From Escherichia coli (lineage in GTDB: Bacteria; Pseudomonadota; Gammaproteobacteria; Enterobacterales; Enterobacteriaceae), in the NCBI RefSeq assembly GCF_003018255.1, contig NZ_CP027440.1: DNA of 64,000 bases, one strand, 5' to 3'. Both the position numbers and the translations under genes were made by a program. Below the pieces are notes generated by a model. The model was given only the letters and a program-made list of their open reading frames with translations, made no database searches and was not told where the DNA came from. Shown here piece by piece: positions 14,044-30,392 of the stretch. Position 1 is the first letter of the stretch. Every line of letters begins with the position of its first letter.

Positions 14044-14679
14044 CTATTCCAGTTGCTGGAGTTCACCGCGCGGGGTTACTCGCCAACGATGCTGACAGAA
14101 ATAAAGCAGCGGATTGTCCTGATTACTGTCGCTATAGCCACTGTACAGCCGCAGCGGCGTGCCGATTTTGCGCTCCAGTTGTGCGACCTTTTCATGTCCC
14201 AGACAACGCATCGTCAATACCCAACCACCATAGCCACGCTGAATTTGGCTGGCGATAAGATTAACCCGCGGCAGCCAGGGCGTATCGAAATAAACCGCTT
14301 CAACCAGCGGCTGCGGAGAGCCGGTAATCAACCAGATATCAGCATCGGAACTTAACAGGTAGGTGGTTAATCGCTCCTGAACCAGCGGAAAGGCGGTAAC
14401 ATTGTCACGAAACCAGCGTACGAAATCGGCCTGCAACGCCTGCAAACGCGCTTCATTGTGACCAAAAGTGCATCCCCACAGAAGCAGACTCATCGGCCAG
14501 CGTGCCGCACGACCTTTTATCAATAACGCAATGGCTATGATCGGCAACAACGGCAGGACAAGTAACGCATTCAGCGGTTGGCGACGCAGTAAATAACGCA
14601 GAAAACTGCCGAACATATCCTGCTGATGCAATGTTCCATCTAAGTCAAAAAACACCACACGACGCTCGTGAGTTGCCAA
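14044..14679 (-). CDS. pgpC: HAD-family phosphatidylglycerophosphatase C
   Basis: 211-aa ORF with HAD motif FFDLDGTL; synteny with K-12 yfhB. Confidence 0.85.
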   Translation of the reverse strand: MATHERRVVFFDLDGTLHQQDMFGSFLRYLLRRQPLNALLVLPLLPIIAIALLIKGRAARWPMSLLLWGCTFGHNEARLQALQADFVRWFRDNVTAFPLVQERLTTYLLSSDADIWLITGSPQPLVEAVYFDTPWLPRVNLIASQIQRGYGGWVLTMRCLGHEKVAQLERKIGTPLRLYSGYSDSNQDNPLLYFCQHRWRVTPRGELQQLE

Positions 14680-14887
14680 ACCATACTCCTCTGGACTGAA
14701 ACATCCTGATTAATTTTCGCTACTACATAGCCTAACAGATAGATCATCACTTTTCCGGCAACAATCGAGCGCATCATGGCTAACTGGAATTTTTAATTCA
14801 TGGCAATTAGCGGCAATGGAATATAAAATTCACTCGCGTGTGTCTCATATTGCCTGTTGTCGCCACTATTTCATCGCGAGGAAAGAT

Positions 14888-15736
14888 ATGAACGGCTTAC
14901 TTCGTATCCGTCAGCGTTACCAGGGGCTTGCCCAAAGTGATAAAAAACTGGCGGATTATCTGCTGCTACAACCTGATACGGCGCGCCATTTAAGCTCTCA
15001 GCAACTGGCCAACGAAGCCGGAGTCAGTCAGTCCAGCGTCGTGAAGTTCGCGCAAAAACTCGGCTATAAAGGTTTTCCGGCACTTAAGTTGGCGTTGAGT
15101 GAAGCGCTGGCAAGCCAGCCGGAATCTCCCTCCGTGCCCATTCATAACCAAATCCGCGGTGATGATCCGTTACGGCTGGTCGGCGAAAAACTGATTAAAG
15201 AAAATACTGCCGCTATGTACGCAACGTTAAACGTTAATAGTGAAGAGAAACTGCATGAATGCGTGGCAATGTTGCGCTCTGCGCGGCGGATAATTCTGAC
15301 CGGTATTGGCGCTTCGGGTCTGGTGGCGCAAAACTTTGCCTGGAAGCTGATGAAGATTGGCTTCAATGCTGCCGCAGTGCGCGATATGCATGCGCTACTC
15401 GCTACAGTACAGGCGTCGTCCCCTGACGATCTGTTATTAGCCATTTCCTACACCGGTGTACGACGCGAGTTAAACCTGGCGGCAGATGAGATGCTGCGAG
15501 TGGGCGGAAAAGTGCTGGCGATTACCGGCTTTACTCCCAATGCCCTGCAACAGCGTGCTTCTCATTGCCTGTATACCATTGCCGAAGAACAAGCGACAAA
15601 CAGTGCTTCAATCTCTGCTTGTCACGCGCAGGGAATGTTAACGGATTTGCTGTTCATTGCGCTGATTCAGCAGGATCTGGAACTGGCTCCAGAACGTATT
15701 CGTCACAGTGAAGCGCTGGTGAAAAAACTGGTCTGA
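14888..15736 (+). CDS. murR: RpiR-family transcriptional regulator (HTH + SIS domain)
   Basis: N-terminal HTH and C-terminal SIS domain; start at ATG 14888 preceded by GAGGAAAG. Confidence 0.8.
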   Translation: MNGLLRIRQRYQGLAQSDKKLADYLLLQPDTARHLSSQQLANEAGVSQSSVVKFAQKLGYKGFPALKLALSEALASQPESPSVPIHNQIRGDDPLRLVGEKLIKENTAAMYATLNVNSEEKLHECVAMLRSARRIILTGIGASGLVAQNFAWKLMKIGFNAAAVRDMHALLATVQASSPDDLLLAISYTGVRRELNLAADEMLRVGGKVLAITGFTPNALQQRASHCLYTIAEEQATNSASISACHAQGMLTDLLFIALIQQDLELAPERIRHSEALVKKLV

Positions 15737-15755
15737 GTAAAGAATGCGCGTATAA

Positions 15756-16052
<297 letters not shown>

Positions 16053-16199
16053 TATTCTACCCTGGATGTAGAGTGTTAATTATTTTATAGAGAAACCTTA
16101 ACGCTATTATATTTATTTGATTGATGACATTAGCATAATTATTCACTAAGTTAATTTATATAGTATCTGCCCAGACACTTATTTATAGTTATTAAAGGC

Positions 16200-16223
16200 G
16201 CGTCCGACTGGTTCACCGGACGC
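16200..16223 (-). terminator. Hairpin (GCGTCCG-N10-CGGACGC) just downstream of shoB
   Basis: Perfect 7-bp stem 23 bp beyond the shoB stop on the minus strand. Confidence 0.4.
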
Positions 16224-16245
16224 ACCTTAAGTACGTTTCCTTGTG

Positions 16246-16326
16246 TTATAAGAACAGAAGGATCAGCTGTAAAACAGCAATGATGATTTTGATAATCCGT
16301 TTAATCAGGTATCGGCAATCAGTCAT
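16246..16326 (-). CDS. shoB: Type I toxin ShoB (26-aa hydrophobic peptide)
   Basis: Translates to MTDCRYLIKRIIKIIIAVLQLILLFL; below the ORF-track size cut-off; yfhL-acpS intergenic position matches the shoB-ohsC locus. Confidence 0.8.
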   Translation of the reverse strand: MTDCRYLIKRIIKIIIAVLQLILLFL

Positions 16327-16401
16327 TCGTTTTTCCTTAAACAAGGAATGCAGCCGTTCAGATTAGCCCTTACATCACCCCAAAACTGAACGTGCGAGTT
16401 A

Positions 16402-16420
16402 TTGGAATCGAGTGCTGCAC
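16402..16420 (+). repeat. 19-bp direct repeat, copy 1 (TTGGAATCGAGTGCTGCAC)
   Basis: Matches copy 2 at 18 of 19 positions. Confidence 0.6.
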
Positions 16421-16650
16421 TCCACACCAGAGCTTTGACGACACCACTCGTTTCAATGGGGGAATTCAGTGGCATGGTGTAAAGCACAGCAAAATTGCCA
16501 ATAACGAAACCGATTTTAATGTACTTATCAAAAAGCGGTCACGTTAATCTTTTTATCAATGTCGATTTCTTCGTAAAGGCTCGCGTTTTTTATGTCAGAG
16601 ATTGCAAGTTGCTTGTACAGGATAACGAAATTGATCCATAATCATTTCTG

Positions 16651-16669
16651 TTGGAATCGTGTGCTGCAC
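16651..16669 (+). repeat. 19-bp direct repeat, copy 2 (TTGGAATCGTGTGCTGCAC)
   Basis: Matches copy 1 at 18 of 19 positions; 249 bp downstream of copy 1. Confidence 0.6.
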
Positions 16670-16689
16670 AAAATTAAAGTTGTAAAGTG

Positions 16690-16722
16690 AAAACCCCCGT
16701 TCCTTACCAGTTCGGGGGTTTT
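16690..16722 (-). terminator. Rho-independent terminator downstream of acpS
   Basis: AAAACCCCCG-N13-CGGGGGTTTT hairpin flanked by A/T runs (could act bidirectionally). Confidence 0.6.
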
Positions 16723-16747
16723 ACTTTATAAAGAGAACGGTATTTTT

Positions 16748-17128
16748 TTAACTTTCAATAATTACCGTGGCACAAGCATAGTGGCGTTCATCTGCCAGCG
16801 TTACATGCATATTTACAACGCCGAGCTTTTCCGCCAGTTTTAATGCCTCACCCCATAGCCGTAGCCGTGGTTTGCCGAGCTCATCATTGAATACTTCAAA
16901 TTGATTAAACGCCAGACCATTGCGGATCCCGGTGCCAAACGCTTTTGCCGCCGCTTCTTTCACAGCAAAACGCTTCGCCAGAAAACGCACCGGCTGGTGG
17001 TGCGTTTTCCAGATTGCCCATTCGTTATCGCTTAATACGCGGCGTGCCAGGCGCTCACCGGATCGGGCGATCACCGCTTCTATGCGAGCGATCTCCACAA
17101 TATCCGTACCTAAACCTAATATTGCCAT
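16748..17128 (-). CDS. acpS: Holo-[acyl-carrier-protein] synthase
   Basis: 126-aa ORF starting [16 protein letters not shown]. Confidence 0.95.
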
Positions 17129-17859
17129 TAGCCACGCGCTTCCAGCATCAGACGCTTCATTTCTGCCACCGCATCTTTCAGTCCGGTCATCACTGCACGA
17201 CCAATAATGGCATGACCGATATTCAGTTCATGCATCTCAGGGATGGCGGCAATAGCTTTCACGTTGTGATAGGTCAGACCGTGACCAGCGTTAACTTTCA
17301 GACCGAGACTAGCGGCAAAGGTCGCGGCTTTGGCGATACGCGCCAGCTCTTGCGCCTGTTCGGCGTCAGTTTTGGCATCAGCATAGCAACCGGTGTGGAT
17401 CTCGATAAACGGTGCGCCAACCTCTGCCGCAGCTTTGATCTGCTCTTCATCGGCGTCGATAAACAGAGAAACCGGGATCCCGGCCTCCGCCAGACGTTTA
17501 CAGGCATCGCGCATTTTGTCACGCTGCCCTGCGACGTCCAGGCCGCCTTCGGTTGTTACTTCCTGACGCTTTTCCGGTACCAGACAGCAAAAATGTGGCT
17601 TCGTCTCAACGGCGATCGCCAGCATCTCTTCGGTCACCGCCATCTCCAGATTCATGCGGGTATCCAGCGTCTGACGCAGGATGCGCACATCGCGGTCAGT
17701 AATGTGGCGGCGATCTTCACGTAAATGCACGGTAATGCCGTCCGCTCCCGCCTGCTCAGCAATAAACGCCGCCTGCACCGGATCCGGGTAAGCAGTACCG
17801 CGTGCGTTACGCAGCGTTGCAATATGGTCAATGTTGACGCCTAACAGTAATTCAGCCAT
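17128..17859 (-). CDS. pdxJ: Pyridoxine 5'-phosphate synthase
   Basis: 243-aa product starting [21 protein letters not shown]. Confidence 0.95.
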
Positions 17860-17870
17860 GACAATCCTCA

Positions 17871-18599
17871 TCATTCATAATGTGTTTTCACCGTTCGCTT
17901 AGGCATAAACTGCCGGAACAGTTCCCTGCTCTTTAATGGTTTACCGCCAAGATACGGCTTAAGCGCCATGCGGGTAAAGCGTTTCGCGGCGCGCAGTGTG
18001 TCTGCGTCAGGAAATTCCCGCGCGTTTAACGCTTTTAACTGCCTTCCGGTGAACGTTTTATTGTCGATAACGACGCTTGCGATAAACCCTTTTTCTTCGC
18101 GATAACGATACGTCATGGTGTCATCTACCGGCTCGCCGCTACCCGCACAATGGGTAAAATTGACGCCATAGCCCAGATGCCCGAGCAGTGCCAGTTCAAA
18201 GCGACGCAGCGCGGGTTCTGGCGTACCAGTGGCACCTGCAAGTGACTGAATGCAGTGCAAGTAATCGAAAAAGAGTTCAGAGAAGCGCGTCTCGTATTCC
18301 AGTACGCGGGAGAGAAGTTCGTTGATGTACAGACCGCTGTAAAGCGTGATACCGCTTAATGGCAGCGCCAGCGAGACAGCTTCAGCACTGCGCAGTGTTT
18401 TGACTTCACCACGCCCACCGAAGCGAAGCAAGAGAGGGGTGAAAGGTTGTAATGCACCTTTCAGAGTAGAGCGTTTAGAGCGTGCGCCTTTGGCAACCAG
18501 ACGCACGCGACCCGATTCCTCCGTGAAGACGTCCAGCATCAGGCTGGTTTCGCTCCACGGGCGACTATGCAGGACAAATGCGCGCTGCCAGCCTTCCAT
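17871..18599 (-). CDS. recO: DNA repair protein RecO
   Basis: 242-aa ORF starting [19 protein letters not shown]. Confidence 0.95.
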
Positions 18600-18610
18600 C
18601 GGAGTTACTC

Positions 18611-20223
<1,613 letters not shown>

Positions 20224-20228
20224 TCAGC

Positions 20229-20319
20229 ACACGAAACAGACCTGATATACATGGCTCGGCTAACTGCTTCACTGCAGTTTCAGTTTACCGGTATATGGGG
20301 ACCAACGCTGTTTCGTGTG
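20229..20319 (-). promoter_or_regulatory. rnc leader stem-loop (RNase III autoregulatory site)
   Basis: Long inverted repeat CACACGAAACAG...CTGTTTCGTGTG in the rnc 5' UTR. Confidence 0.5.
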
Positions 20320-20464
20320 CCGTGGCAACCTAGAGGTGCCAACCTTAAACTTCGGGGGAATATTCTATACACAACGACGGGGGATGTCGTTAGCCACGGG
20401 AGATTTATCTCATAAATAATTCACGTTGTCGCCATAACGGCGACAACGTGAACGAAGATGGCTA

Positions 20465-21439
20465 TTAATGGATACCGCCAATGCGACTTAAGCGCACACC
20501 AGTCGGCCATTCGCCTTCTTGCTTATCGAAGCTCATCCAGATAGCCGTTGCCCGACCGACCAGATTCGCTTCAGGCACAAAGCCCCAGTAACGGCTGTCC
20601 GCGCTGTTGTCGCGGTTGTCGCCCATCATGAAGTATTGTCCCGGCGGAACAATCCAGGTTGCCAGTTGTTGCCCTGGCTGCTGGTAATACATCCCCACCT
20701 GGTCCTGCGCAATCGGCACTGTCAGAATGCGGTGCGTCACATCACCCAATGTCTCTTTACGCTCGGAAAGACGAATTCCATTTTCTTTGGTTTCGTTTTT
20801 CGGCACTTCAAAGAATCCGCTGGTCGCTTCCCCACCATTACGGCGTGAGAAGGTCTGAACGAAATCGCTCGGTTCCACGTTGGAGTAAGTGACCGGTAGC
20901 GCGTTTTCGCACGCCTGGCCGGAACTGCATCCCGGTTGAATCGTCAGCTCTTTTGAGACCGGATCATAAGTGACTTTATCGCCCGGCAAACCCACCGCGC
21001 GCTTGATGTAATCAAGCTTTGGATCTTCCGGATATTTAAAGACCACGATATCGCCGCGTTTCGGATGACCGGTTTCGATCAGCGTTTTCTGGTAGATAGG
21101 ATCTTTAATGCCATAAGCAAACTTCTCTACCAGAATAAAATCACCGATTAACAGAGTCGGCATCATCGAACCTGACGGGATCTGGAACGGTTCATAAATA
21201 AACGAACGCACAATCAATACGATAGCCAGCACCGGAAAAACAGAAGCACCGGTTTCCAGCCAGCCAGGCTTCGGCGCAACTTTCTTCAGCGTTGCTTTAT
21301 CCAGTGAGTCACCGGCAGCCGCCTGCGCCGCTGCCTGACGTTCCCGCCGTTTAGGTGCGAAAAAGAATTTATCCACGCACCATAAAATGCCCGTCACCAG
21401 TGTGGCAATCACCAGAATCAGGGCAAACATATTCGCCAT
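20465..21439 (-). CDS. lepB: Signal peptidase I
   Basis: 324-aa ORF with catalytic Ser box (IPSGSMMPTL). Confidence 0.95.
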   Translation of the reverse strand: MANMFALILVIATLVTGILWCVDKFFFAPKRRERQAAAQAAAGDSLDKATLKKVAPKPGWLETGASVFPVLAIVLIVRSFIYEPFQIPSGSMMPTLLIGDFILVEKFAYGIKDPIYQKTLIETGHPKRGDIVVFKYPEDPKLDYIKRAVGLPGDKVTYDPVSKELTIQPGCSSGQACENALPVTYSNVEPSDFVQTFSRRNGGEATSGFFEVPKNETKENGIRLSERKETLGDVTHRILTVPIAQDQVGMYYQQPGQQLATWIVPPGQYFMMGDNRDNSADSRYWGFVPEANLVGRATAIWMSFDKQEGEWPTGVRLSRIGGIH

Positions 21440-21454
21440 GCCAACTCCTAAGGG

Positions 21455-23254
<1,800 letters not shown>

Positions 23255-23451
23255 AAAGTATGATTATTGTGCCTTAATGCCCGGTTAACCAGGCTTTTAG
23301 AAGTCGCTGTTCTGAGCTTAACGTCTGTATTAATAGAAACGCCGCATTCTACACTACAACATTGAGGCGAGGAAATGTTCATACCGTATGGATTGTGGTA
23401 TCTGGAAACGTCCTCGCATTTGTTATGCAAAATGCAACAAAGCCAGTGAAA

Positions 23452-23931
23452 TCACTGGCTCGCGTCTTCCGAAGATGTTTCAAATCGCACAAGGCCAGGC
23501 GGCAAGGCCACGCTTAAGATGATCGGTTGCCATTCAGACCGGGCAGCAAACTTTCGAGAGCAGCCACGTGCAATCAGGAATCCACCAACGCCACCGAGAA
23601 TCGCACCGCATAATGCTGCAATATCTGAAGCAAAGAGTAGCTGAAATAGTGAAGCGATGAGGAATAGTCCCACCAACGGCGACATATAAACCAGTAATGC
23701 GGAGCTAAGCAGGCTGCCTTCGGCGATTCCTAATTCTACTTTTTGCCCCGGCACTAACGGCTCATCACAGGGTACGACAATGGTATGCGTGGTTTGCGGG
23801 CCAAGTTTATTCAACACGCGGCTACCGCAACCGGCACGTGAAGCGCAGCTGCTGCATGAGGCTTTAACATCACAACTAACCAGCGCCTGCCCGTTTTCCC
23901 AGGAGACGACGGTAGCCCACTCTTTGATCAT
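23452..23931 (-). CDS. rseC: SoxR-reducing system protein RseC
   Basis: 159-aa membrane protein, last gene of the rpoE operon. Confidence 0.9.
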   Translation of the reverse strand: MIKEWATVVSWENGQALVSCDVKASCSSCASRAGCGSRVLNKLGPQTTHTIVVPCDEPLVPGQKVELGIAEGSLLSSALLVYMSPLVGLFLIASLFQLLFASDIAALCGAILGGVGGFLIARGCSRKFAARSEWQPIILSVALPPGLVRFETSSEDASQ

Positions 23932-24884
23932 TGCGCTGCCCCGAACTTAATATTCTCGGCAATGCGTTTCGCCGTTTGCGGCGGCAGTTCACCGACAATG
24001 GTGATTTCGGCGTTATCACGTACGCTTGTACTGACGGTTCTGCGCCCGGTGCGCAACATCTGATCGGTGCTCGATGGCGTAGCGCGGTTAACGTTTACCG
24101 AGAAGCTGAATAATCCGTCGGAATAGAGACGTGATTCGATAGGCATGTTGTCCATCGTCGGTAGCGGACGTCGACTACTGGAAACTTCGCTAAAACCCTG
24201 TGGCAACCAGGTTGGCGTCCAGCTGAATTTAGCTTTTTCACCTACAGGAACAGAAAGCAACGGCGGCAAATTTGCCTTCGCCAGCGTCTGCATACTGCTG
24301 CTGATATCCTGATTGACATTAAAAGCAATCACGCGAAATTGTTCCAGCGTTTCACCATCGCGATCAAGGAGATCAACCCGCATCGGTAATTTCGATTCGG
24401 TGTCCATCCACACGATGTAGCTGTAGCGTGTACCATCTCGGGCAACCACACGAATGACTTCGCAAAGACGATCAGCAATACGCGTGCGCCCGACGGAGAT
24501 AAAGTCGTAGTAAGGAGAAAGGCGTTTGAAATCGGTATAGATGAGCGATGGTAGAGAATCAACAATGTAATCGCCATTAAGCGTGAACGGTTCAAGTCCC
24601 GGTTCAAAATAGCTGATTTCATTGCCGCGCTGTACCACTTCCCGGCGCGGGCCATCCATTTGCAACAATTGTGCAAGAGGACGGTTATCGAGGCGTGCAT
24701 GTCGATAACGCAGAGACTCAACACCCTGTTTATTGATGCTGATGAATGACAGCTCGTAATTCAGTGACTGACTGGCCAGGTTCATCTGCTGTAATAACGC
24801 CCCGGACGCGGGAGTGGCCGAGGCGTTAGCAGAGAATAACAGGCTACCTGTCACTAATGACATGGCAAACCAAAGTTGCTTCAT
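23928..24884 (-). CDS. rseB: Sigma-E regulatory protein RseB
   Basis: 318-aa periplasmic protein with signal peptide; overlaps rseC by 4 bp. Confidence 0.9.
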   Translation of the reverse strand: MKQLWFAMSLVTGSLLFSANASATPASGALLQQMNLASQSLNYELSFISINKQGVESLRYRHARLDNRPLAQLLQMDGPRREVVQRGNEISYFEPGLEPFTLNGDYIVDSLPSLIYTDFKRLSPYYDFISVGRTRIADRLCEVIRVVARDGTRYSYIVWMDTESKLPMRVDLLDRDGETLEQFRVIAFNVNQDISSSMQTLAKANLPPLLSVPVGEKAKFSWTPTWLPQGFSEVSSSRRPLPTMDNMPIESRLYSDGLFSFSVNVNRATPSSTDQMLRTGRRTVSTSVRDNAEITIVGELPPQTAKRIAENIKFGAAQ

Positions 24885-25534
24885 TACTGCGATTGCGTTC
24901 CTAAAGTTTGAATTCCTGGCACCTGTACAGCGGCTTGCTGAGTTTGCGCCTGCTCAAACTGAAGCTGTTCAGAGTGGAGTCGGCGTTGCAGTTCGTAATC
25001 CTGCAACATTGCATTAATGCGACGACGCTGCTCCTGTACCTGCTGCTGTTGACCATTGTTTGCGGTCGCTTCAGAAGGTACTCCCAGGCTTACCGGGCTG
25101 GCTTTACCCATCATCGGCAGTGTATTAAATACCGGCGTTTCGGGCTGCTGGGACGTTTCAGATTGTCCATTATAGTGCTGGACGCCAACGATAACTGCAA
25201 GCGATACGCATGCGGCTACGCCCATTTGGGTAAGCTGTGCCGCCCACGGACGTACTTTCTGCCAGAATGGCATTTTCTGCCATTGATGCGGCGCAGGCTG
25301 GGCTTCCGGGATCAATGTCGCCGGTTGACGTACTGGCTCTTCTTCAATGGCGGCCATCACGCGTGAAGAGATATCGAAATGGAGCACCTCGGGAGTATCA
25401 CCCCGCATTGAGTCACGGATTAAGTGATAGCTTTCCCAGGTTTTCTGCATTTCTGGGTTATGAGCCAGTTCGTTAAGCAGCTCACTATCCAGCGTTTCGC
25501 CATCCATTAAAGCGGAAAGTTGTTCTTTCTGCAT
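24884..25534 (-). CDS. rseA: Anti-sigma-E factor RseA
   Basis: 216-aa product starting MQKEQLSALMDGE, with a single TM segment. Confidence 0.9.
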   Translation of the reverse strand: MQKEQLSALMDGETLDSELLNELAHNPEMQKTWESYHLIRDSMRGDTPEVLHFDISSRVMAAIEEEPVRQPATLIPEAQPAPHQWQKMPFWQKVRPWAAQLTQMGVAACVSLAVIVGVQHYNGQSETSQQPETPVFNTLPMMGKASPVSLGVPSEATANNGQQQQVQEQRRRINAMLQDYELQRRLHSEQLQFEQAQTQQAAVQVPGIQTLGTQSQ

Positions 25535-25566
25535 GCCTAATACCCTTATCCAGTATCCCGCTATCG

Positions 25567-26142
25567 TCAACGCCTGATAAGCGGTTGAACTTTGTTATCA
25601 ATAGCTTCCCTCGCTCGGAAGATACGTGAACGCACCGTACCTACCGGACAATCCATGATAGCGGCTATCTCTTCATAGCTCAGGCCATCCAGCTCCCGCA
25701 AGGTTATTGCCATGCGTAAATCTTCCGGGAGGGACTCAATAGTTCGGAAAACTATCTGTCTCAGTTCTTCTGACAACATTAAGTTCTCAGGGTTCGAAAT
25801 TTCTTTCAACGCGCCGCCACTTTCGAAGTTTTCAGCTTCAATGGCATCCACATCACTGGAAGGTGGACGACGCCCCTGAGCAACCAGGTAATTTTTCGCT
25901 GTATTTACAGCAATCCGATACAGCCATGTATAAAAAGCGCTATCTCCCCGGAACGAATCCAGCGCACGATAGGCTTTAATAAAAGCTTCTTGTACCACAT
26001 CGGGAACATCACCCGACGGCACATAGCGGGAAACCAGACTCGCCACTTTATGCTGATAGCGCACTACCAGTAAGTTAAAGGCTTTCTGATCTCCCTTCTG
26101 GACCCGTTCAACCAGGACCTGGTCCGTTAACTGCTCGCTCAT
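25567..26142 (-). CDS. rpoE: RNA polymerase sigma-E (sigma-24)
   Basis: 191-aa ECF sigma factor starting MSEQLTDQVLVERVQKGDQKAF. Confidence 0.95.
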   Translation of the reverse strand: MSEQLTDQVLVERVQKGDQKAFNLLVVRYQHKVASLVSRYVPSGDVPDVVQEAFIKAYRALDSFRGDSAFYTWLYRIAVNTAKNYLVAQGRRPPSSDVDAIEAENFESGGALKEISNPENLMLSEELRQIVFRTIESLPEDLRMAITLRELDGLSYEEIAAIMDCPVGTVRSRIFRAREAIDNKVQPLIRR

Positions 26143-26224
26143 CCGAGGTAAAGTCTCCCCAAACCAAATTTCCACGCGCTATCGAAACGCCACTCCATTA
26201 GCTGCAATTTGAGCAAGCAAAGGG

Positions 26225-26252
26225 TTAGAGTGTCTCGTTTTTGTAAAGTTCC
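26225..26252 (-). promoter_or_regulatory. Sigma-E-dependent rpoE promoter (GGAACTT-N16-TCTAA)
   Basis: Close match to the sigma-E consensus about 80 bp upstream of the rpoE start. Confidence 0.65.
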
Positions 26253-26540
26253 GTAACGCATCTGTTTTTGTTTGTCATGCTGTAGACGGATCATTATCTA
26301 TCATTATAAGTCTACAGAATCTGAACATCGCATTATCTGTGTAGAAATGCCCATTTAACTGCCTGAAGAGTAACCCAACGGCCTTTTTATTTCACCACCT
26401 AATCCTCCACCAGCCAGTAACTTCTCTTTTTCTCGCCGCCCTGAGTCAGCGTGTTTAGTCACTGTAACAAATATTAAAATAGCAGGTGTTTAATCGCACA
26501 ACATGATGCTATGCTGACCAAACCATGTTTAGTAAATTAA

Positions 26541-28894
<2,354 letters not shown>

Positions 28895-29025
28895 GAAAAT
28901 AAAACCTTGCAGGAAAAACGGCGATAGCACCGGGTGAGAACAATACCCGAGAAGCGATATCCATACAAACAGATGAAGATTGCAGCCGTAACGTCTATAA
29001 TCAGCGCCCCACACAGAGGTAGAAC

Positions 29026-30360
29026 ATGACTGTAACGACTTTTTCCGAACTTGAACTCGACGAAAGCCTGCTGGAAGCCCTCCAGGATAAAGGTTTCACT
29101 CGCCCGACCGCCATTCAGGCTGCCGCCATTCCGCCTGCGCTCGATGGCCGTGATGTACTCGGTTCTGCGCCGACAGGCACCGGTAAAACGGCGGCGTATC
29201 TGCTGCCAGCGTTGCAGCACCTGCTCGATTTCCCACGTAAGAAATCCGGTCCGCCGCGTATTTTGATCCTCACCCCAACTCGCGAGCTGGCGATGCAGGT
29301 GGCCGATCATGCCCGCGAACTGGCGAAACATACGCATCTGGATATTGCCACCATCACCGGCGGCGTAGCCTATATGAACCACGCGGAAGTGTTCAGCGAA
29401 AATCAGGACATCGTGGTCGCCACGACCGGACGTCTGCTGCAATACATAAAAGAAGAGAACTTCGATTGCCGCGCGGTTGAAACGCTGATCCTCGACGAAG
29501 CAGACCGTATGCTGGATATGGGCTTCGCCCAGGATATCGAACATATTGCTGGCGAAACGCGCTGGCGTAAACAGACCCTGCTCTTTTCGGCAACTCTGGA
29601 AGGCGATGCGATTCAGGACTTTGCCGAGCGTCTGCTGGAAGATCCGGTGGAGGTTTCTGCCAATCCGTCCACCCGTGAGCGCAAAAAAATTCATCAGTGG
29701 TATTACCGCGCCGATGATCTTGAGCATAAAACCGCGTTGCTGGTGCATCTGTTAAAACAGCCGGAAGCGACCCGCTCAATTGTGTTTGTGCGTAAGCGTG
29801 AGCGTGTGCATGAGCTGGCAAACTGGCTGCGCGAAGCAGGCATCAACAACTGCTATCTCGAAGGTGAGATGGTACAAGGCAAGCGTAACGAAGCGATTAA
29901 ACGCTTGACCGAAGGCCGCGTAAACGTACTGGTTGCTACCGATGTTGCCGCGCGCGGTATCGACATTCCTGACGTCAGCCACGTCTTTAACTTCGATATG
30001 CCGCGCAGTGGCGATACTTATTTGCACCGTATCGGACGTACCGCGCGCGCCGGTCGTAAAGGCACCGCGATTTCGCTGGTGGAAGCCCATGACCATCTGC
30101 TGCTGGGCAAAGTTGGCCGTTATATTGAAGAGCCAATTAAAGCTCGCGTAATTGATGAGTTACGTCCGAAAACGCGTGCGCCAAGCGAGAAGCAGACCGG
30201 CAAGCCATCGAAGAAAGTGTTGGCTAAACGTGCCGAGAAGAAAAAAGCTAAAGAGAAAGAGAAGCCGCGGGTGAAAAAACGCCATCGCGACACTAAAAAT
30301 ATTGGTAAGCGCCGTAAACCAAGCGGAACGGGCGTGCCACCGCAAACGACAGAAGAGTAA
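29026..30360 (+). CDS. srmB: ATP-dependent RNA helicase SrmB
   Basis: 444-aa DEAD-box protein ([17 protein letters not shown] motifs) with basic C-terminal tail. Confidence 0.95.
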   Translation: MTVTTFSELELDESLLEALQDKGFTRPTAIQAAAIPPALDGRDVLGSAPTGTGKTAAYLLPALQHLLDFPRKKSGPPRILILTPTRELAMQVADHARELAKHTHLDIATITGGVAYMNHAEVFSENQDIVVATTGRLLQYIKEENFDCRAVETLILDEADRMLDMGFAQDIEHIAGETRWRKQTLLFSATLEGDAIQDFAERLLEDPVEVSANPSTRERKKIHQWYYRADDLEHKTALLVHLLKQPEATRSIVFVRKRERVHELANWLREAGINNCYLEGEMVQGKRNEAIKRLTEGRVNVLVATDVAARGIDIPDVSHVFNFDMPRSGDTYLHRIGRTARAGRKGTAISLVEAHDHLLLGKVGRYIEEPIKARVIDELRPKTRAPSEKQTGKPSKKVLAKRAEKKKAKEKEKPRVKKRHRDTKNIGKRRKPSGTGVPPQTTEE

Positions 30361-30392
30361 TCTCAATGCCGGGTTTAAGCCCGGCATTGTTT

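Noticed and set aside
16945-17724. 259-aa plus-strand ORF across acpS and pdxJ
   Set aside because: Antisense to two well-defined genes; no recognisable domain.
29393-29821. 142-aa minus-strand ORF with His/Ala repeats ([12 protein letters not shown]...) inside srmB
   Set aside because: Antisense to the DEAD-box helicase gene; repeat reflects codon periodicity of the sense strand.
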